Shown: piece by piece, positions 1 to 9,571 of the stretch | How positions within the stretch are numbered: the stretch's first letter is position 1 | Layout of the letters: each line of letters begins with the position of its first letter | Assembly (NCBI GenBank): GCA_003598025.1 | Contig: QZKH01000002.1 | Coordinates: 10,133-74,132, forward strand | DNA length: 64,000 nt | Direction: 5' to 3' | Origin: Candidatus Omnitrophota bacterium | GTDB taxonomy: Bacteria > Omnitrophota > Gorgyraeia > Gygaellales > Profunditerraquicolaceae | Position numbers and translations under genes: made by a program | The notes under the pieces: model-generated | Databases searched by the model: none | Seen by the model: only the letters and a program-made list of their open reading frames with translations | Told to the model about the DNA's origin: nothing

Positions 1-2
1 TT

Positions 3-668
3 GCTAAGCACATATTAACTAATTCTCATTTTTCCAGAAGCAATATAAATAAATGTTATGGCCGCCAGGCACAAGTTTGCTATCTTGGTGTAGATATGGA
101 ATTATTTAGGCCATTGAATTATGATAAGTCAAATTTTGTTATATCTGTAGGCAGGTGTACTCCGGCCAAAGGGTTTGATTTTATTATTAATTCCCTCGGT
201 TTAATAAAAAAAGAATACAGGCCCGATCTTATTATTGTATCGGATATAATAGCAGCATTTTGGAAAAAGTATTTAATAAGGCTTGCTGCAAAAAATAACG
301 TAAGTATTAAGATCAAAAGCAGGATCGGTGATTCAGAGCTTGTTAATCTTTATAACCGGGCAAGGTTATGCGTATATGCACCTTATCAGGAACCATTTGG
401 CTTAGCTCCTGTTGAAGCAATGGCTTGTGGTACGGCTGTTGTTGCAGTCAGAGAAGGCGGAGTCGCAGAAAGTATAATTAACGGCAAAACCGGATACCTT
501 GCTGAGCGCAATGAAAGTATTTTTGCTGACACAATTTTTAATGTTATTTCTGATTCCGGCCTTAGGGATAGGCTTGAAACCGCCGGCATCGCATCAGTAA
601 GAGAACGCTGGTCAAGTATTCATGCAGGCAGAAGAGTCGTTGAGTACGCCCAGGCTGCCTTTAAATAA
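3..668 (+). CDS. GT4 (GT-B) glycosyltransferase, 5'-partial
   Basis: EPFGLAPVEAMACG GT4 motif; frame is open from the window edge (AKHILTNSHFSR...), so the true start lies upstream of the window. Confidence 0.9.
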   Translation, partial: AKHILTNSHFSRSNINKCYGRQAQVCYLGVDMELFRPLNYDKSNFVISVGRCTPAKGFDFIINSLGLIKKEYRPDLIIVSDIIAAFWKKYLIRLAAKNNVSIKIKSRIGDSELVNLYNRARLCVYAPYQEPFGLAPVEAMACGTAVVAVREGGVAESIINGKTGYLAERNESIFADTIFNVISDSGLRDRLETAGIASVRERWSSIHAGRRVVEYAQAAFK

Positions 669-684
669 ATAAGAGAACTATACC

Positions 685-1578
685 ATGTCTATATTCAAGC
701 CTTATATACCAAAAGTAAGCATTTGCATGCCTACTTACAACGGAGCCGAATATATTAACGAAGCCGTTAATTCTGTGTTGAATCAAAGTTTCGGGGATTT
801 CGAGCTGATAATAGTTGATGATGCCTCGCGGGATAATACGCTCGATATTTTAAATAAATATAAGGACCCGAGGATTCGTCTTTTTAGAAACAAAAAAAGG
901 GTCGGTCAGATTATGAATTATAATTTGAGCATTTCTCATTCAAGAGCAAAATATATAAAACCATTTCATCAGGATGATATCCTGGACAAAGAGAGTTTGT
1001 TGCTTAATACCCAGATAATGGATTCAAAGCCAGAGATAGGATTGGTTGTATCTCAAGCCTGCATTGTAGACAGCAATTCCGAAAAAGTGTCGTTAAGGCC
1101 GGTAACTTTTAAGCCGGGTATTATAGAAAAAAGAGCGATATTAAATAAATTCTTCTTTAATTTAAATTATAATTTTATCGGTGAGCCGTCTACGGTAATG
1201 TTAAGAAAAATAGCACTGCAAGAAATGGGGTATTTTGATGAGCGTATTCCCTCCAGCAATGATATAGAACTATGGAGCAGGATAAACACCAAATACAAAT
1301 GCTACTATATTGATAAGCCGTTAGCATCAATCAGGTATCATAGCAAGCAGGAGATGCATAAATACAGGAAAAGCTTAAAGTTGGCAATATGGGATCATTG
1401 CAGGTTGTTCTCTGCGTTGTCAAAATATAACAATCTTACAGTATTTTATAAATCAGCTTTGCTGGCTGAATTTATTTTCAGATTACCCATATTAGTGTTA
1501 GGCAGGTCGATAAAAAAGATATTAAATATACCTGATGAAAAATTAATAATAAATAATTATCTAAACCCAAGAGAATAA
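685..1578 (+). CDS. GT2 glycosyltransferase
   Basis: VSICMPTYN, IIVDDASRD, HQDD motifs. Confidence 0.9.
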   Translation: MSIFKPYIPKVSICMPTYNGAEYINEAVNSVLNQSFGDFELIIVDDASRDNTLDILNKYKDPRIRLFRNKKRVGQIMNYNLSISHSRAKYIKPFHQDDILDKESLLLNTQIMDSKPEIGLVVSQACIVDSNSEKVSLRPVTFKPGIIEKRAILNKFFFNLNYNFIGEPSTVMLRKIALQEMGYFDERIPSSNDIELWSRINTKYKCYYIDKPLASIRYHSKQEMHKYRKSLKLAIWDHCRLFSALSKYNNLTVFYKSALLAEFIFRLPILVLGRSIKKILNIPDEKLIINNYLNPRE

Positions 1579-1584
1579 GTTCAG

Positions 1585-2538
1585 ATGCCAAAAATATCCG
1601 CTTCCATAATTATCCCCACTTTTAATAAAGCAAATATTTTAAAGATGGTCTTATCAGGTTATCTTGCTCAGGCTAAAGATACTCCTGATTTTGAAATAAT
1701 TATATTGGATGATGCTTCAAAAGATAAAACAGGGGAAGTCGTGGCATGCTTTAGTGATAAGCTAAATATAAAATATATAAAACAAAGCCTCAACAGGGGG
1801 GCTAATTATAACAGAAATATCGGCATTGAGGCGGCAGTGGCAGAGTTGTTAATTTTTGCCGACCATGACCTTATTCCTTCTCCGGATATGGTCAAGCTGC
1901 ATGTTTATCAGCATGAATTGGATCCCTCCGAGTCTTTAGCTGTGTTAGGCAATGTAAAAACCCATCCTGAGATATCCGGGCACAAATTGAGTTTTCTTTT
2001 TATGGAAAGGGCGTGGCACGGGATTGATAATGTTACCCGCCTGACATGGAGGTATTTTATAACCTGCAATTTATCTATAAGAAAAAAATTTATAGAAGAA
2101 AATGGCAAATTTGACGAGAATGTCATGCATAATGATGATGTTGAGCTTGGATATAGATTGTTTAAGCACGGATTAGAGATTAAATATAATCCGGAGATAG
2201 CCGGATATCATTATCATCCTCTTGATTTTGACGAATATATGAATATTGCTCAGAGGGATGGGGCAGCCGTTGCTTATTGGCTGAAGAAATCACCGCAGGC
2301 CAAGGGCCAACTTCTTGATTATGGGATTTTTTCCTGGAGTAATAGGCCTGGAAAACTTATCAAGCACGCGCTGGTCATCGCTGTTTTTAACAAATTTACT
2401 TTCCGTTTTATGCGCAAGCTGGCGTTGCTATTAACCCCGCACGGGAATATCGCCAGGTATTTTTATGGCGGAATATATCTTCATAGAAGAAGAGAAACAA
2501 TAAAGAAATGTTTAAGGAATAATCAGACCTATGCCTAA
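1585..2538 (+). CDS. GT2 glycosyltransferase
   Basis: SIIIPTFN, LDDAS, ADHD (DxD), DDVELGYR. Confidence 0.9.
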   Translation: MPKISASIIIPTFNKANILKMVLSGYLAQAKDTPDFEIIILDDASKDKTGEVVACFSDKLNIKYIKQSLNRGANYNRNIGIEAAVAELLIFADHDLIPSPDMVKLHVYQHELDPSESLAVLGNVKTHPEISGHKLSFLFMERAWHGIDNVTRLTWRYFITCNLSIRKKFIEENGKFDENVMHNDDVELGYRLFKHGLEIKYNPEIAGYHYHPLDFDEYMNIAQRDGAAVAYWLKKSPQAKGQLLDYGIFSWSNRPGKLIKHALVIAVFNKFTFRFMRKLALLLTPHGNIARYFYGGIYLHRRRETIKKCLRNNQTYA

Positions 2539-3637
2539 AGTCGCGGTCATAGTCGTCAATTATAACGGGGCCAAGTTTTTAAAAGGGCTGATGAGCAGTA
2601 TCGAGAGCCAAACAATAACTCCTTCAAAGCTCATATTTGTTGATAATGGCTCTTCGGATAACTCGCTAGAGGTCTTGAAAGACTATCCCCATATAACAAT
2701 ATTGAACAACAGGGCTAATCTTGGATTTTCTGTTGCTAATAATCAGGCATTAGGCAGTATTTCCTCAGATATAGATTACGTATGCTTATTAAATAACGAC
2801 ACGAGAATTGAGCGCCGCTGTATCCAAAACATGATTTTCTGTGCAGAGAGCAATGTAAGGATAGGCGCGGTTGCGCCGCGGATACTTTTCTATAATCCAG
2901 TACTGGTCTTAAATACAGATAAGCCCGCAGAGAAAATCGAGATTAAATCAATCATAATAGATGGAGATGAGCCTTATAAGATAATACAGGACAAACAGGT
3001 ACGCAGCTTAGGAGAATTAAAATCATTAATGACCAAAATTTATGTTATGCCAAAAAGACCGGCTAAGACGGGGTCAATTGTGAAAATTGCTCTTGCTTCC
3101 GGCAATAAGCCGGTTGGGACGTTATTGCTTAATGGGAATAAGGCTGTTAAGCTCGAATATAAGCTTAAAATAACAGAGGCGTCTTTCGTACTGGATGAGC
3201 GATCTATACTGAACCAGAGATTCATAATAAATAATGCCGGTACTGATATCAGCCCTGCGGGATACCCTTTGGAATATGGTTTTGGAGAAGAAGATAGCGG
3301 AAAATATGATATGGCCAGGCATGTAAATGCATTTTGCGGTGCAGCGGTTCTAATCAAGAGGAAATTATTCAGCGATAAAATATTCGACGAGCGGTTTTTT
3401 GCTTATTATGAGGATATAGACTTATCAATCAGAATCAGGAAGAGCGGCTATAATATAATGTACTGTCCCGAAGCAGTTGCGTATCATTATCATACAGGAA
3501 GCAGCCTGACAAAAAAAGATGCGCTTAGTTTATTTAATAAAAGCAGGATAAAATTTTTATTCAAACATTACCCTTTCTGGTTCAGTTATATGGAATCGCT
3601 TAAATATGGCGTAAAGGCCTTCGTGTGCCGTAGTTAA
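2531..3637 (+). CDS. GT2 glycosyltransferase (WbbL-like) with internal insertion
   Basis: VIVVNYNG, VDNGSSD, NLGFS, LLNND, FDERFFAYYEDIDL; extra segment between RILFY and IINNAG. Confidence 0.85.
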   Translation: MPKVAVIVVNYNGAKFLKGLMSSIESQTITPSKLIFVDNGSSDNSLEVLKDYPHITILNNRANLGFSVANNQALGSISSDIDYVCLLNNDTRIERRCIQNMIFCAESNVRIGAVAPRILFYNPVLVLNTDKPAEKIEIKSIIIDGDEPYKIIQDKQVRSLGELKSLMTKIYVMPKRPAKTGSIVKIALASGNKPVGTLLLNGNKAVKLEYKLKITEASFVLDERSILNQRFIINNAGTDISPAGYPLEYGFGEEDSGKYDMARHVNAFCGAAVLIKRKLFSDKIFDERFFAYYEDIDLSIRIRKSGYNIMYCPEAVAYHYHTGSSLTKKDALSLFNKSRIKFLFKHYPFWFSYMESLKYGVKAFVCRS

Positions 3638-3706
3638 ATCCGGCTAAAAGGCGTATAAATATTATCATCGGCAGAGCGTTAATCCGCTAAATAAAAAACA
3701 GGCAAT

Positions 3707-5647
3707 ATGTTAACCCTTCTATTTTTTTTGATACCATGCTTATTTAGTTTTTCTATGGCTTTTTGGCAGCCGCTGATCAGCGATGAATTTGAGACTTTGG
3801 CATCAGCAAAGATGATGTCTGACGGTAGTTTGATCTATAAGGATTTCTTCCAGCACCACGGGCCGCTCTCTTATTTGTTATACCTGCCGGTTTTTAAATA
3901 TATTAAAAGCATATTCCTGGCTCTTTTATTATCGAAACTGGTTGCCATATGCGTTCTTATCCTAATACTTTTATTGGTTTTTAAGATATCCGAGGCAATT
4001 ACTAAAAGTAAATTTATGGGCTTGTTGGGAGTGCTTATGGTAATCGCTGACCCATTATGGGCTCAATATGGAGCGCAGGTGCGTCCGGATGCAATAATGA
4101 CTGTTTTTGCGTTGGGTAGCTTGTATTTATTGCTTATTTACGATGAAGGCAAGCGTAATATGTTCTTATGCTGGGCAGGGGCCTGTTTTGGGCTAGCATT
4201 TTTTGCTAAACAGTCAGCAATAGTATCAATCTTTATCTTCGCGCTTATTTATTTACGGGGCAATTTTAGAAGATACCTGCATTACTTTTTGGGGTTTTTC
4301 ATAGTTGCCCTGCCGGTTTTTGTTTACTTCTTTGCGGCAAAAGCGGTAAATAATTTTTTGCGCTATTTTATCTTATTTAATTTAAGAGCACATCCTACGG
4401 CTGAATTTAATATCAGCGAGAGGCTATGGCTGTTTTTTTCGCCATTGATACCAGCAGGTTTAAGGATCTCATATGGGTTAATCACTTTTATCTTTATTTA
4501 TGCTGCTATAAGGGTTTACTTTGCAAAGGGTAAATCAGCCACGCGTTTTATAAACTCTCTTTTATTATCGTCATTAATCGGGATGTTTCTGACATTTCTA
4601 TACAAGACCCCATATCCTCAATACTATTTGGCAATCCATTTAATGTTTATAATTGTTATTATTTTTCACTTAAACGAGGCCCCTAAAAAATTAAAAAAAG
4701 CGATGATGTTTTTTCTGGCGGGGGTAAGCATTGTATTCGCTTTCGTGAAATTTGAAGCTATGATTAGAAAAAATGATTTCCTTGCGCAAAGCAGATGCCT
4801 CTCTTCAATATCGGATTTACTAAGATCTAAAAAAGCTATCGGGCCGAGTTACATGGTTTTGGCCGGAAATCGTGCCGGGTTCTATTGGTATTATCCACCT
4901 ATATTTTCCGATGTCGATTTGAAGCCTATGTTCAGAGCGTTAAAAGATGCCGATATTGTATTTTATGACCACTCGCTTTCTCTGCTGGCGCCGTTAGATT
5001 TTAAGAAAAAATTATTTACCGATTTTGAGTTTATTGGCAGGTACTCTCTGCCGTTTAATAATAATCTAAATTTTGATTATGTATCAGTATTCTCTAAAGA
5101 TAGGGATTTGGCTGAAAAAATGATAAGCCAGGATCGTTTGGCTTGCTGGAATTATGAAGACGGCGAAAGGGGGCTTCTTAAAGATCCGCTTTATATCCCT
5201 GTTTATTTTAAAGCCAGGCTGTCCGGCAATGGCGATTTAATAAACCTTCGGCCCGGCAAGAACTCATTTAGTTATAAGGTTAAGCAGGAGTTATATCTGA
5301 GTATGTTTATAAGCGCAAATAAGATGTTTTTTGATAGAAGCACGAACATCTTATACAACCTTAAGCCAAATATAAAATATTCAATAAAAAAAGCAGGTAT
5401 AGCTTTCGAATGCAGATATAGAGAGCCACTTTCCACAGATGGCTTATTAGGGCTAGGCTTAAGGACTCCCGGAGAAAACGGTGTAAATGTTAATGGGGTA
5501 ATCAGTATTAAATTCAGCCGCTATCCAGATAAAATTAAAATCCAAGAGGTCCCGGATGGGTATAAGGTAATGTCAGCGTTTAATACTGATAGCCTAACTA
5601 TAGATATTCATTGTTCGGAATCATTGTTAGGGCAGGCAAGCGATTAA
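3707..5647 (+). CDS. GT-C fold (ArnT/PMT-like) polytopic membrane glycosyltransferase
   Basis: Many TM helices; DE then YKDFFQHHGPL, RPD and KQ motifs; C-terminal soluble domain. Confidence 0.7.
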   Translation: MLTLLFFLIPCLFSFSMAFWQPLISDEFETLASAKMMSDGSLIYKDFFQHHGPLSYLLYLPVFKYIKSIFLALLLSKLVAICVLILILLLVFKISEAITKSKFMGLLGVLMVIADPLWAQYGAQVRPDAIMTVFALGSLYLLLIYDEGKRNMFLCWAGACFGLAFFAKQSAIVSIFIFALIYLRGNFRRYLHYFLGFFIVALPVFVYFFAAKAVNNFLRYFILFNLRAHPTAEFNISERLWLFFSPLIPAGLRISYGLITFIFIYAAIRVYFAKGKSATRFINSLLLSSLIGMFLTFLYKTPYPQYYLAIHLMFIIVIIFHLNEAPKKLKKAMMFFLAGVSIVFAFVKFEAMIRKNDFLAQSRCLSSISDLLRSKKAIGPSYMVLAGNRAGFYWYYPPIFSDVDLKPMFRALKDADIVFYDHSLSLLAPLDFKKKLFTDFEFIGRYSLPFNNNLNFDYVSVFSKDRDLAEKMISQDRLACWNYEDGERGLLKDPLYIPVYFKARLSGNGDLINLRPGKNSFSYKVKQELYLSMFISANKMFFDRSTNILYNLKPNIKYSIKKAGIAFECRYREPLSTDGLLGLGLRTPGENGVNVNGVISIKFSRYPDKIKIQEVPDGYKVMSAFNTDSLTIDIHCSESLLGQASD

Positions 5648-5729
5648 AATTTATATAAGTCAATTTATTTGTCTGGAGGCCTAAATTATGTTAATATAAT
5701 TACTCAATCACTTTATGTTTGGAGGAATT

Positions 5730-6050
5730 ATGGCTACAATCGATGATTTTAAGAAGTTAGAGTTAAAAGTTGCTGAAATAAAAGAAGTTACAGATCATCC
5801 CAATGCAGATAAGCTATATGTCCTGACAGTAGATTTGGGGGATAAAACAAAACAACTTGTTGCGGGGATCAAGAGGTCTTACCAAAAAGAAGAGCTCATA
5901 GGTAAGCAGGTAATAGTTGTTGATAATCTGGAACCGGCGGTTCTAAGAGGTATCGAGAGCCAGGGGATGCTCTTGGCTGCTTCTGATGAAGACGGCGTAG
6001 CTATTATTTCCTGCCAGCGCAAAGTCAAGCTCGGCAGTATTGTTAAATAG
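5730..6050 (+). CDS. tRNA-binding OB-fold protein (MetRS C-terminal/Trbp111/CsaA-like)
   Basis: DDFKKLELKV, HPNADKL, NLEPAVLRGIESQGMLLAA; GGAGGA RBS precedes ATG at 5730. Confidence 0.9.
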   Translation: MATIDDFKKLELKVAEIKEVTDHPNADKLYVLTVDLGDKTKQLVAGIKRSYQKEELIGKQVIVVDNLEPAVLRGIESQGMLLAASDEDGVAIISCQRKVKLGSIVK

Positions 6051-6053
6051 CAT

Positions 6054-7358
6054 ATGAAAAATATTATAATCGGCGCAGGTTTATCGGGCCTATCCTGTGC
6101 ATACAAGCTCAAGGACGCAATAGTTTTAGAAAAGGATATCGCTATAGGCGGTTTATCTAAAACCTTGTCTTTTGAAGGTTTTAGTTTTGATATTGGAGGG
6201 CATAGATTTTTACCGGGTAAGCCGGGTATAGAAAAATTTATCCTTAGCCTTCTTGACGGCGAACTGATCAAGATGGAACGTAAGAGCCAGATATATAAGA
6301 ACAGAAGGTTTTTTAATTATCCTATAACTCCCGATATCGTTTTTCAGCTCAATCCTTTACAAATATTTGCTTCAGGCATGACCTTTTTATACCGTAAAGT
6401 AGCCGTCTTGGATGAAAATTCATTTAGAGAGAGGGTGATAAATAGATTTGGCGATTATCTATTCAATTATTTTTTTAAGGATTATACCGAAAAGGTATGG
6501 GGCAGGGATTGCTCTAATATATCGCTTGATTGGGTTGACGCTCGGATCGGCAATATGTCTTTATTTGACGTGGCTAGCTATATTTTTTCGAAGAAAAGCC
6601 GCCTTAAATCTTTCGCGGACATGTTTTATTATCCTAAAACCGGGATTGGTTCTATAGCGGGCAGATTGTCAAGCGGCATAGATGTAAGGACATCCAGCGC
6701 TGTCGTCGGACTGGGCTACTCGGGTGGCCATATAAATGAAGTTGTGACTGACGATAACAAACGATTGCCATGTGATAATCTTATTTCTACAATGCCTATA
6801 ACAGAATTGGCAAGCATGCTTAATCCTCCTGCCGATGTCAAAAGAGCAATTGATGCCCTTAGCTATAGGGACCTGATCTGCGTTTTTATAATTGTTGAAA
6901 AAAATAATTATTCTGATAACCATTGGATCTATTTTCCGAACAAGGAGGTATTTGGGCGTTTGGATGAGCCCAAGAATTGGAGCAGGATATTATCTTCTCA
7001 TCACCAAACTGGCCTTTGCCTTGAGATATTTACCGACAGAAACAGCGAATTGTGGCACAGGGATGATTTAGAGATCGCACATGCAGCCGTAAAAGATCTG
7101 CCTCTTATAAACGGAGTAGATATAAAAGACCATTATGTATTACGTGTCTTTGATGCTTATCCTGTATACGACCTCCATTATAAAAAGCATCTTGCCGTGG
7201 TCAGAAAATTCCTGTCCGGTTATAAAAACTTATATACATTGGGCAGGACAGGGGATTTTAAATATATGAATATGGATGATTGTATTGAGCAGGGGCTTAG
7301 CTTGGGGGAAAGATTACCCGGTTCCAGGGTCTTAGAGGAGGACCGTAAATGCAAATAA
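6054..7358 (+). CDS. FAD-dependent oxidoreductase (UDP-galactopyranose mutase/protoporphyrinogen oxidase-like family)
   Basis: IIGAGLSG, GGLS, FDIGGHRF, AYPVY, GRTGDFKYMNMD. Confidence 0.8.
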   Translation: MKNIIIGAGLSGLSCAYKLKDAIVLEKDIAIGGLSKTLSFEGFSFDIGGHRFLPGKPGIEKFILSLLDGELIKMERKSQIYKNRRFFNYPITPDIVFQLNPLQIFASGMTFLYRKVAVLDENSFRERVINRFGDYLFNYFFKDYTEKVWGRDCSNISLDWVDARIGNMSLFDVASYIFSKKSRLKSFADMFYYPKTGIGSIAGRLSSGIDVRTSSAVVGLGYSGGHINEVVTDDNKRLPCDNLISTMPITELASMLNPPADVKRAIDALSYRDLICVFIIVEKNNYSDNHWIYFPNKEVFGRLDEPKNWSRILSSHHQTGLCLEIFTDRNSELWHRDDLEIAHAAVKDLPLINGVDIKDHYVLRVFDAYPVYDLHYKKHLAVVRKFLSGYKNLYTLGRTGDFKYMNMDDCIEQGLSLGERLPGSRVLEEDRKCK

Positions 7359-7858
7359 AACAGTTTATTCCTCGCGATGTTTGTTTGTCCTGTAAAGGCT
7401 GCTGCAGGTTTTTACGGGCAGATTCAGTATGGTCGCCATGTCTTTTAGATGAAGAAATCCAGGACCTGCTGGGCAAAAATATCCCGGCGGCCAATATTTC
7501 TATCAACAAAAAACTGCTTCTCGTGCAAGCTCCTGATGGCCAGGGGTATTTATGCCCTTTTCTAAAGATAAAAGATAATAAGTGCAGTATTTATAATTTC
7601 AGGCCGTTTGAGTGTCAACTGTACCCTTTTTTGCTTAACCTGCGCCATGGTAAGATCATTTTAACAGTAGACCTTAATTGTCCTTACGTAAAAGAAAAAT
7701 TAAAAAGCAAGGAATTCAAAGAGTATGTTGATTATCTGAACGAGTTCCTTAATTCTCCTGCCCAATTGGAGATAATAAAGGATAACCCGCATATTCTTCA
7801 AACCTACGAAGAGGTCCTTGAGATAATCGAGCTTTCTCCTCCAGATGGAGCTAAATAA
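7349..7858 (+). CDS. YkgJ-family Cys-cluster (CxxCxxCC) protein
   Basis: CLSCKGCC, CPFL, CSIYNFRPFECQLYPF. Confidence 0.85.
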   Translation: MQIKQFIPRDVCLSCKGCCRFLRADSVWSPCLLDEEIQDLLGKNIPAANISINKKLLLVQAPDGQGYLCPFLKIKDNKCSIYNFRPFECQLYPFLLNLRHGKIILTVDLNCPYVKEKLKSKEFKEYVDYLNEFLNSPAQLEIIKDNPHILQTYEEVLEIIELSPPDGAK

Positions 7859-8735
7859 ACTAAGCATAAAAGATAAGCCGTTATTCAGCAAGTTTCTGAA
7901 GATTAAAAGGCATGAGCTTTCAGTTTATGCTTTTGAGAATATTTATCCCTGGTCCAGCTTATTTGAAATTAAATGGGGTATAATTAAGGGCAGCCTGTGT
8001 GTCTTCTTTTACGATAAGACAGGGTGTTTCTTATATATTGAGCCGTTAGCAAAAAATATCGATTACAAGGTCGTGGATAAATGTTTTGAGATCATGGATA
8101 GCCACAACAGGAATAAAGCGGTGTCCCGTATTGAGAATATAGAGCAGGACAACTGTAAGTTCTTTCATGACGCAGGCTACCGCCTCCTGGAAAAACCATG
8201 TGATTTTATTTTTCAGAAAAACAGTATCGCCGGGCTCAGAGGTAATGCCTATAAGTCAAAAAGAGCGAGCTTTAATTATTTTATTAAGCATTATAAATTT
8301 CATTCGCGGGATTTGGGAATAGAAGATATTGGCGCCTGCCTTAAGCTGTATTCCTCATGGGCTAAAAACAGAAGGCTCAGAGTTGAAGACCGGGCTTATC
8401 ATTGGATGATAGAAGATAGTTTTGCTTCCTTAAGGAGCGTATTGGAGAATTACCCATCTTTGGGTTATTCCGGCAGGGTAGTCGAGGTAGATGGTGATAT
8501 CCGGGCATTCACAATAGGGTACATGTTGAATAGCGATACCTTCTGTATATTCTTCGAGATAGCGGATCTGTCAATAAAAGGCCTGGCACAGTTTATTTTT
8601 AGTGATTTTTGTGCAGGGCTTAAGGCATATAAATATGTCAATGCGATGGATGATTCCGGGCTGGATAATTTAAGAAAAGTTAAGTATTCTTACCGGCCTC
8701 TAAAGCTGGTACCTGCGTACATCGCCGTCAGGTAA
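7845..8735 (+). CDS. DUF2156 / aminoacyl-phosphatidylglycerol synthase C-terminal-like soluble protein
   Basis: LRGNAYKSKRASFNYF, FEIAD..IKGLAQF, YVNAMDDSGLDNLRKVKYSYRP. Confidence 0.8.
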   Translation: MELNKLSIKDKPLFSKFLKIKRHELSVYAFENIYPWSSLFEIKWGIIKGSLCVFFYDKTGCFLYIEPLAKNIDYKVVDKCFEIMDSHNRNKAVSRIENIEQDNCKFFHDAGYRLLEKPCDFIFQKNSIAGLRGNAYKSKRASFNYFIKHYKFHSRDLGIEDIGACLKLYSSWAKNRRLRVEDRAYHWMIEDSFASLRSVLENYPSLGYSGRVVEVDGDIRAFTIGYMLNSDTFCIFFEIADLSIKGLAQFIFSDFCAGLKAYKYVNAMDDSGLDNLRKVKYSYRPLKLVPAYIAVR

Positions 8736-8755
8736 GGGTATTTTTGTTCATAGCT

Positions 8756-9571
8756 ATGGATATAAATGATATAGAATTTACAATTTTTGATACCGAAACA
8801 ACCGGGCTTAACCCGCATTCCGGAGACAGGGTAGTTGAAATCGCCGCTGTCCGCATAAAGGGATTCCGGAAAATTTCAACATTTGAAAGCCTTATTAATC
8901 CAGGCAGAGGCGTATCTGAGGCGGCCTTTAATGTCAATCATATTGCTGAAAGCATGCTTCAAACAGCGCCGTTTCCGGAAAAAGTTTTTCCGGAATTCCT
9001 ATCGTTCATAAAAAACAGTTGCATCTGTTCATATAATGCAAGTTTTGATATTGCATTTTTGGATAAAGAGCTTGGATTGCTCGGCCAAAGATTAGACGAT
9101 AACGTTATTGTTATAGATATGCTGAAGATGGCCAGGCGCCTTTTGCCTGGTTTAGAGCGTTATGCCTTATGGTTTGTGGCAGACTATTTCGGCATAAAGC
9201 GCAAACAGGAACACAGGGCCTTAGCTGATGTGGAATTCAGCCTAGAGGTATTTTATAGGCTGATGAATATGTTAAAAGAAAGATCTATCGTAGAGATGGA
9301 TAATTTTATGCATCTTTTTGGAATAAGGTCTGAGGCGGTTTCCGGGATAAACAACGAAAAAATCGCCGAAATACAGGAAGCAATTGATCTTGGTGTTGAA
9401 ATAAAAATCAGATATATATCTGCGGTCAACGCTAAGGTTACAGAACGCAACGTCTTGCCGAAGCAGATTATACAGGATAAAGGGCAGGATTACCTGGTGG
9501 GGTATTGCAGCTTAAGGCAGGACCAGAGGACTTTTAGAATCGATGGCATACTGGATATCGAAATCTTATAA
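8756..9571 (+). CDS. DEDDh 3'-5' exonuclease (DnaQ-like) fused to C-terminal WYL domain
   Basis: FDTETTGL, YNASFD, HRALADV; C-terminal IRY..TERNVLP..YLVGYCSLRQDQRTFRIDGI; start may be TTG 8744. Confidence 0.85.
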   Translation: MDINDIEFTIFDTETTGLNPHSGDRVVEIAAVRIKGFRKISTFESLINPGRGVSEAAFNVNHIAESMLQTAPFPEKVFPEFLSFIKNSCICSYNASFDIAFLDKELGLLGQRLDDNVIVIDMLKMARRLLPGLERYALWFVADYFGIKRKQEHRALADVEFSLEVFYRLMNMLKERSIVEMDNFMHLFGIRSEAVSGINNEKIAEIQEAIDLGVEIKIRYISAVNAKVTERNVLPKQIIQDKGQDYLVGYCSLRQDQRTFRIDGILDIEIL

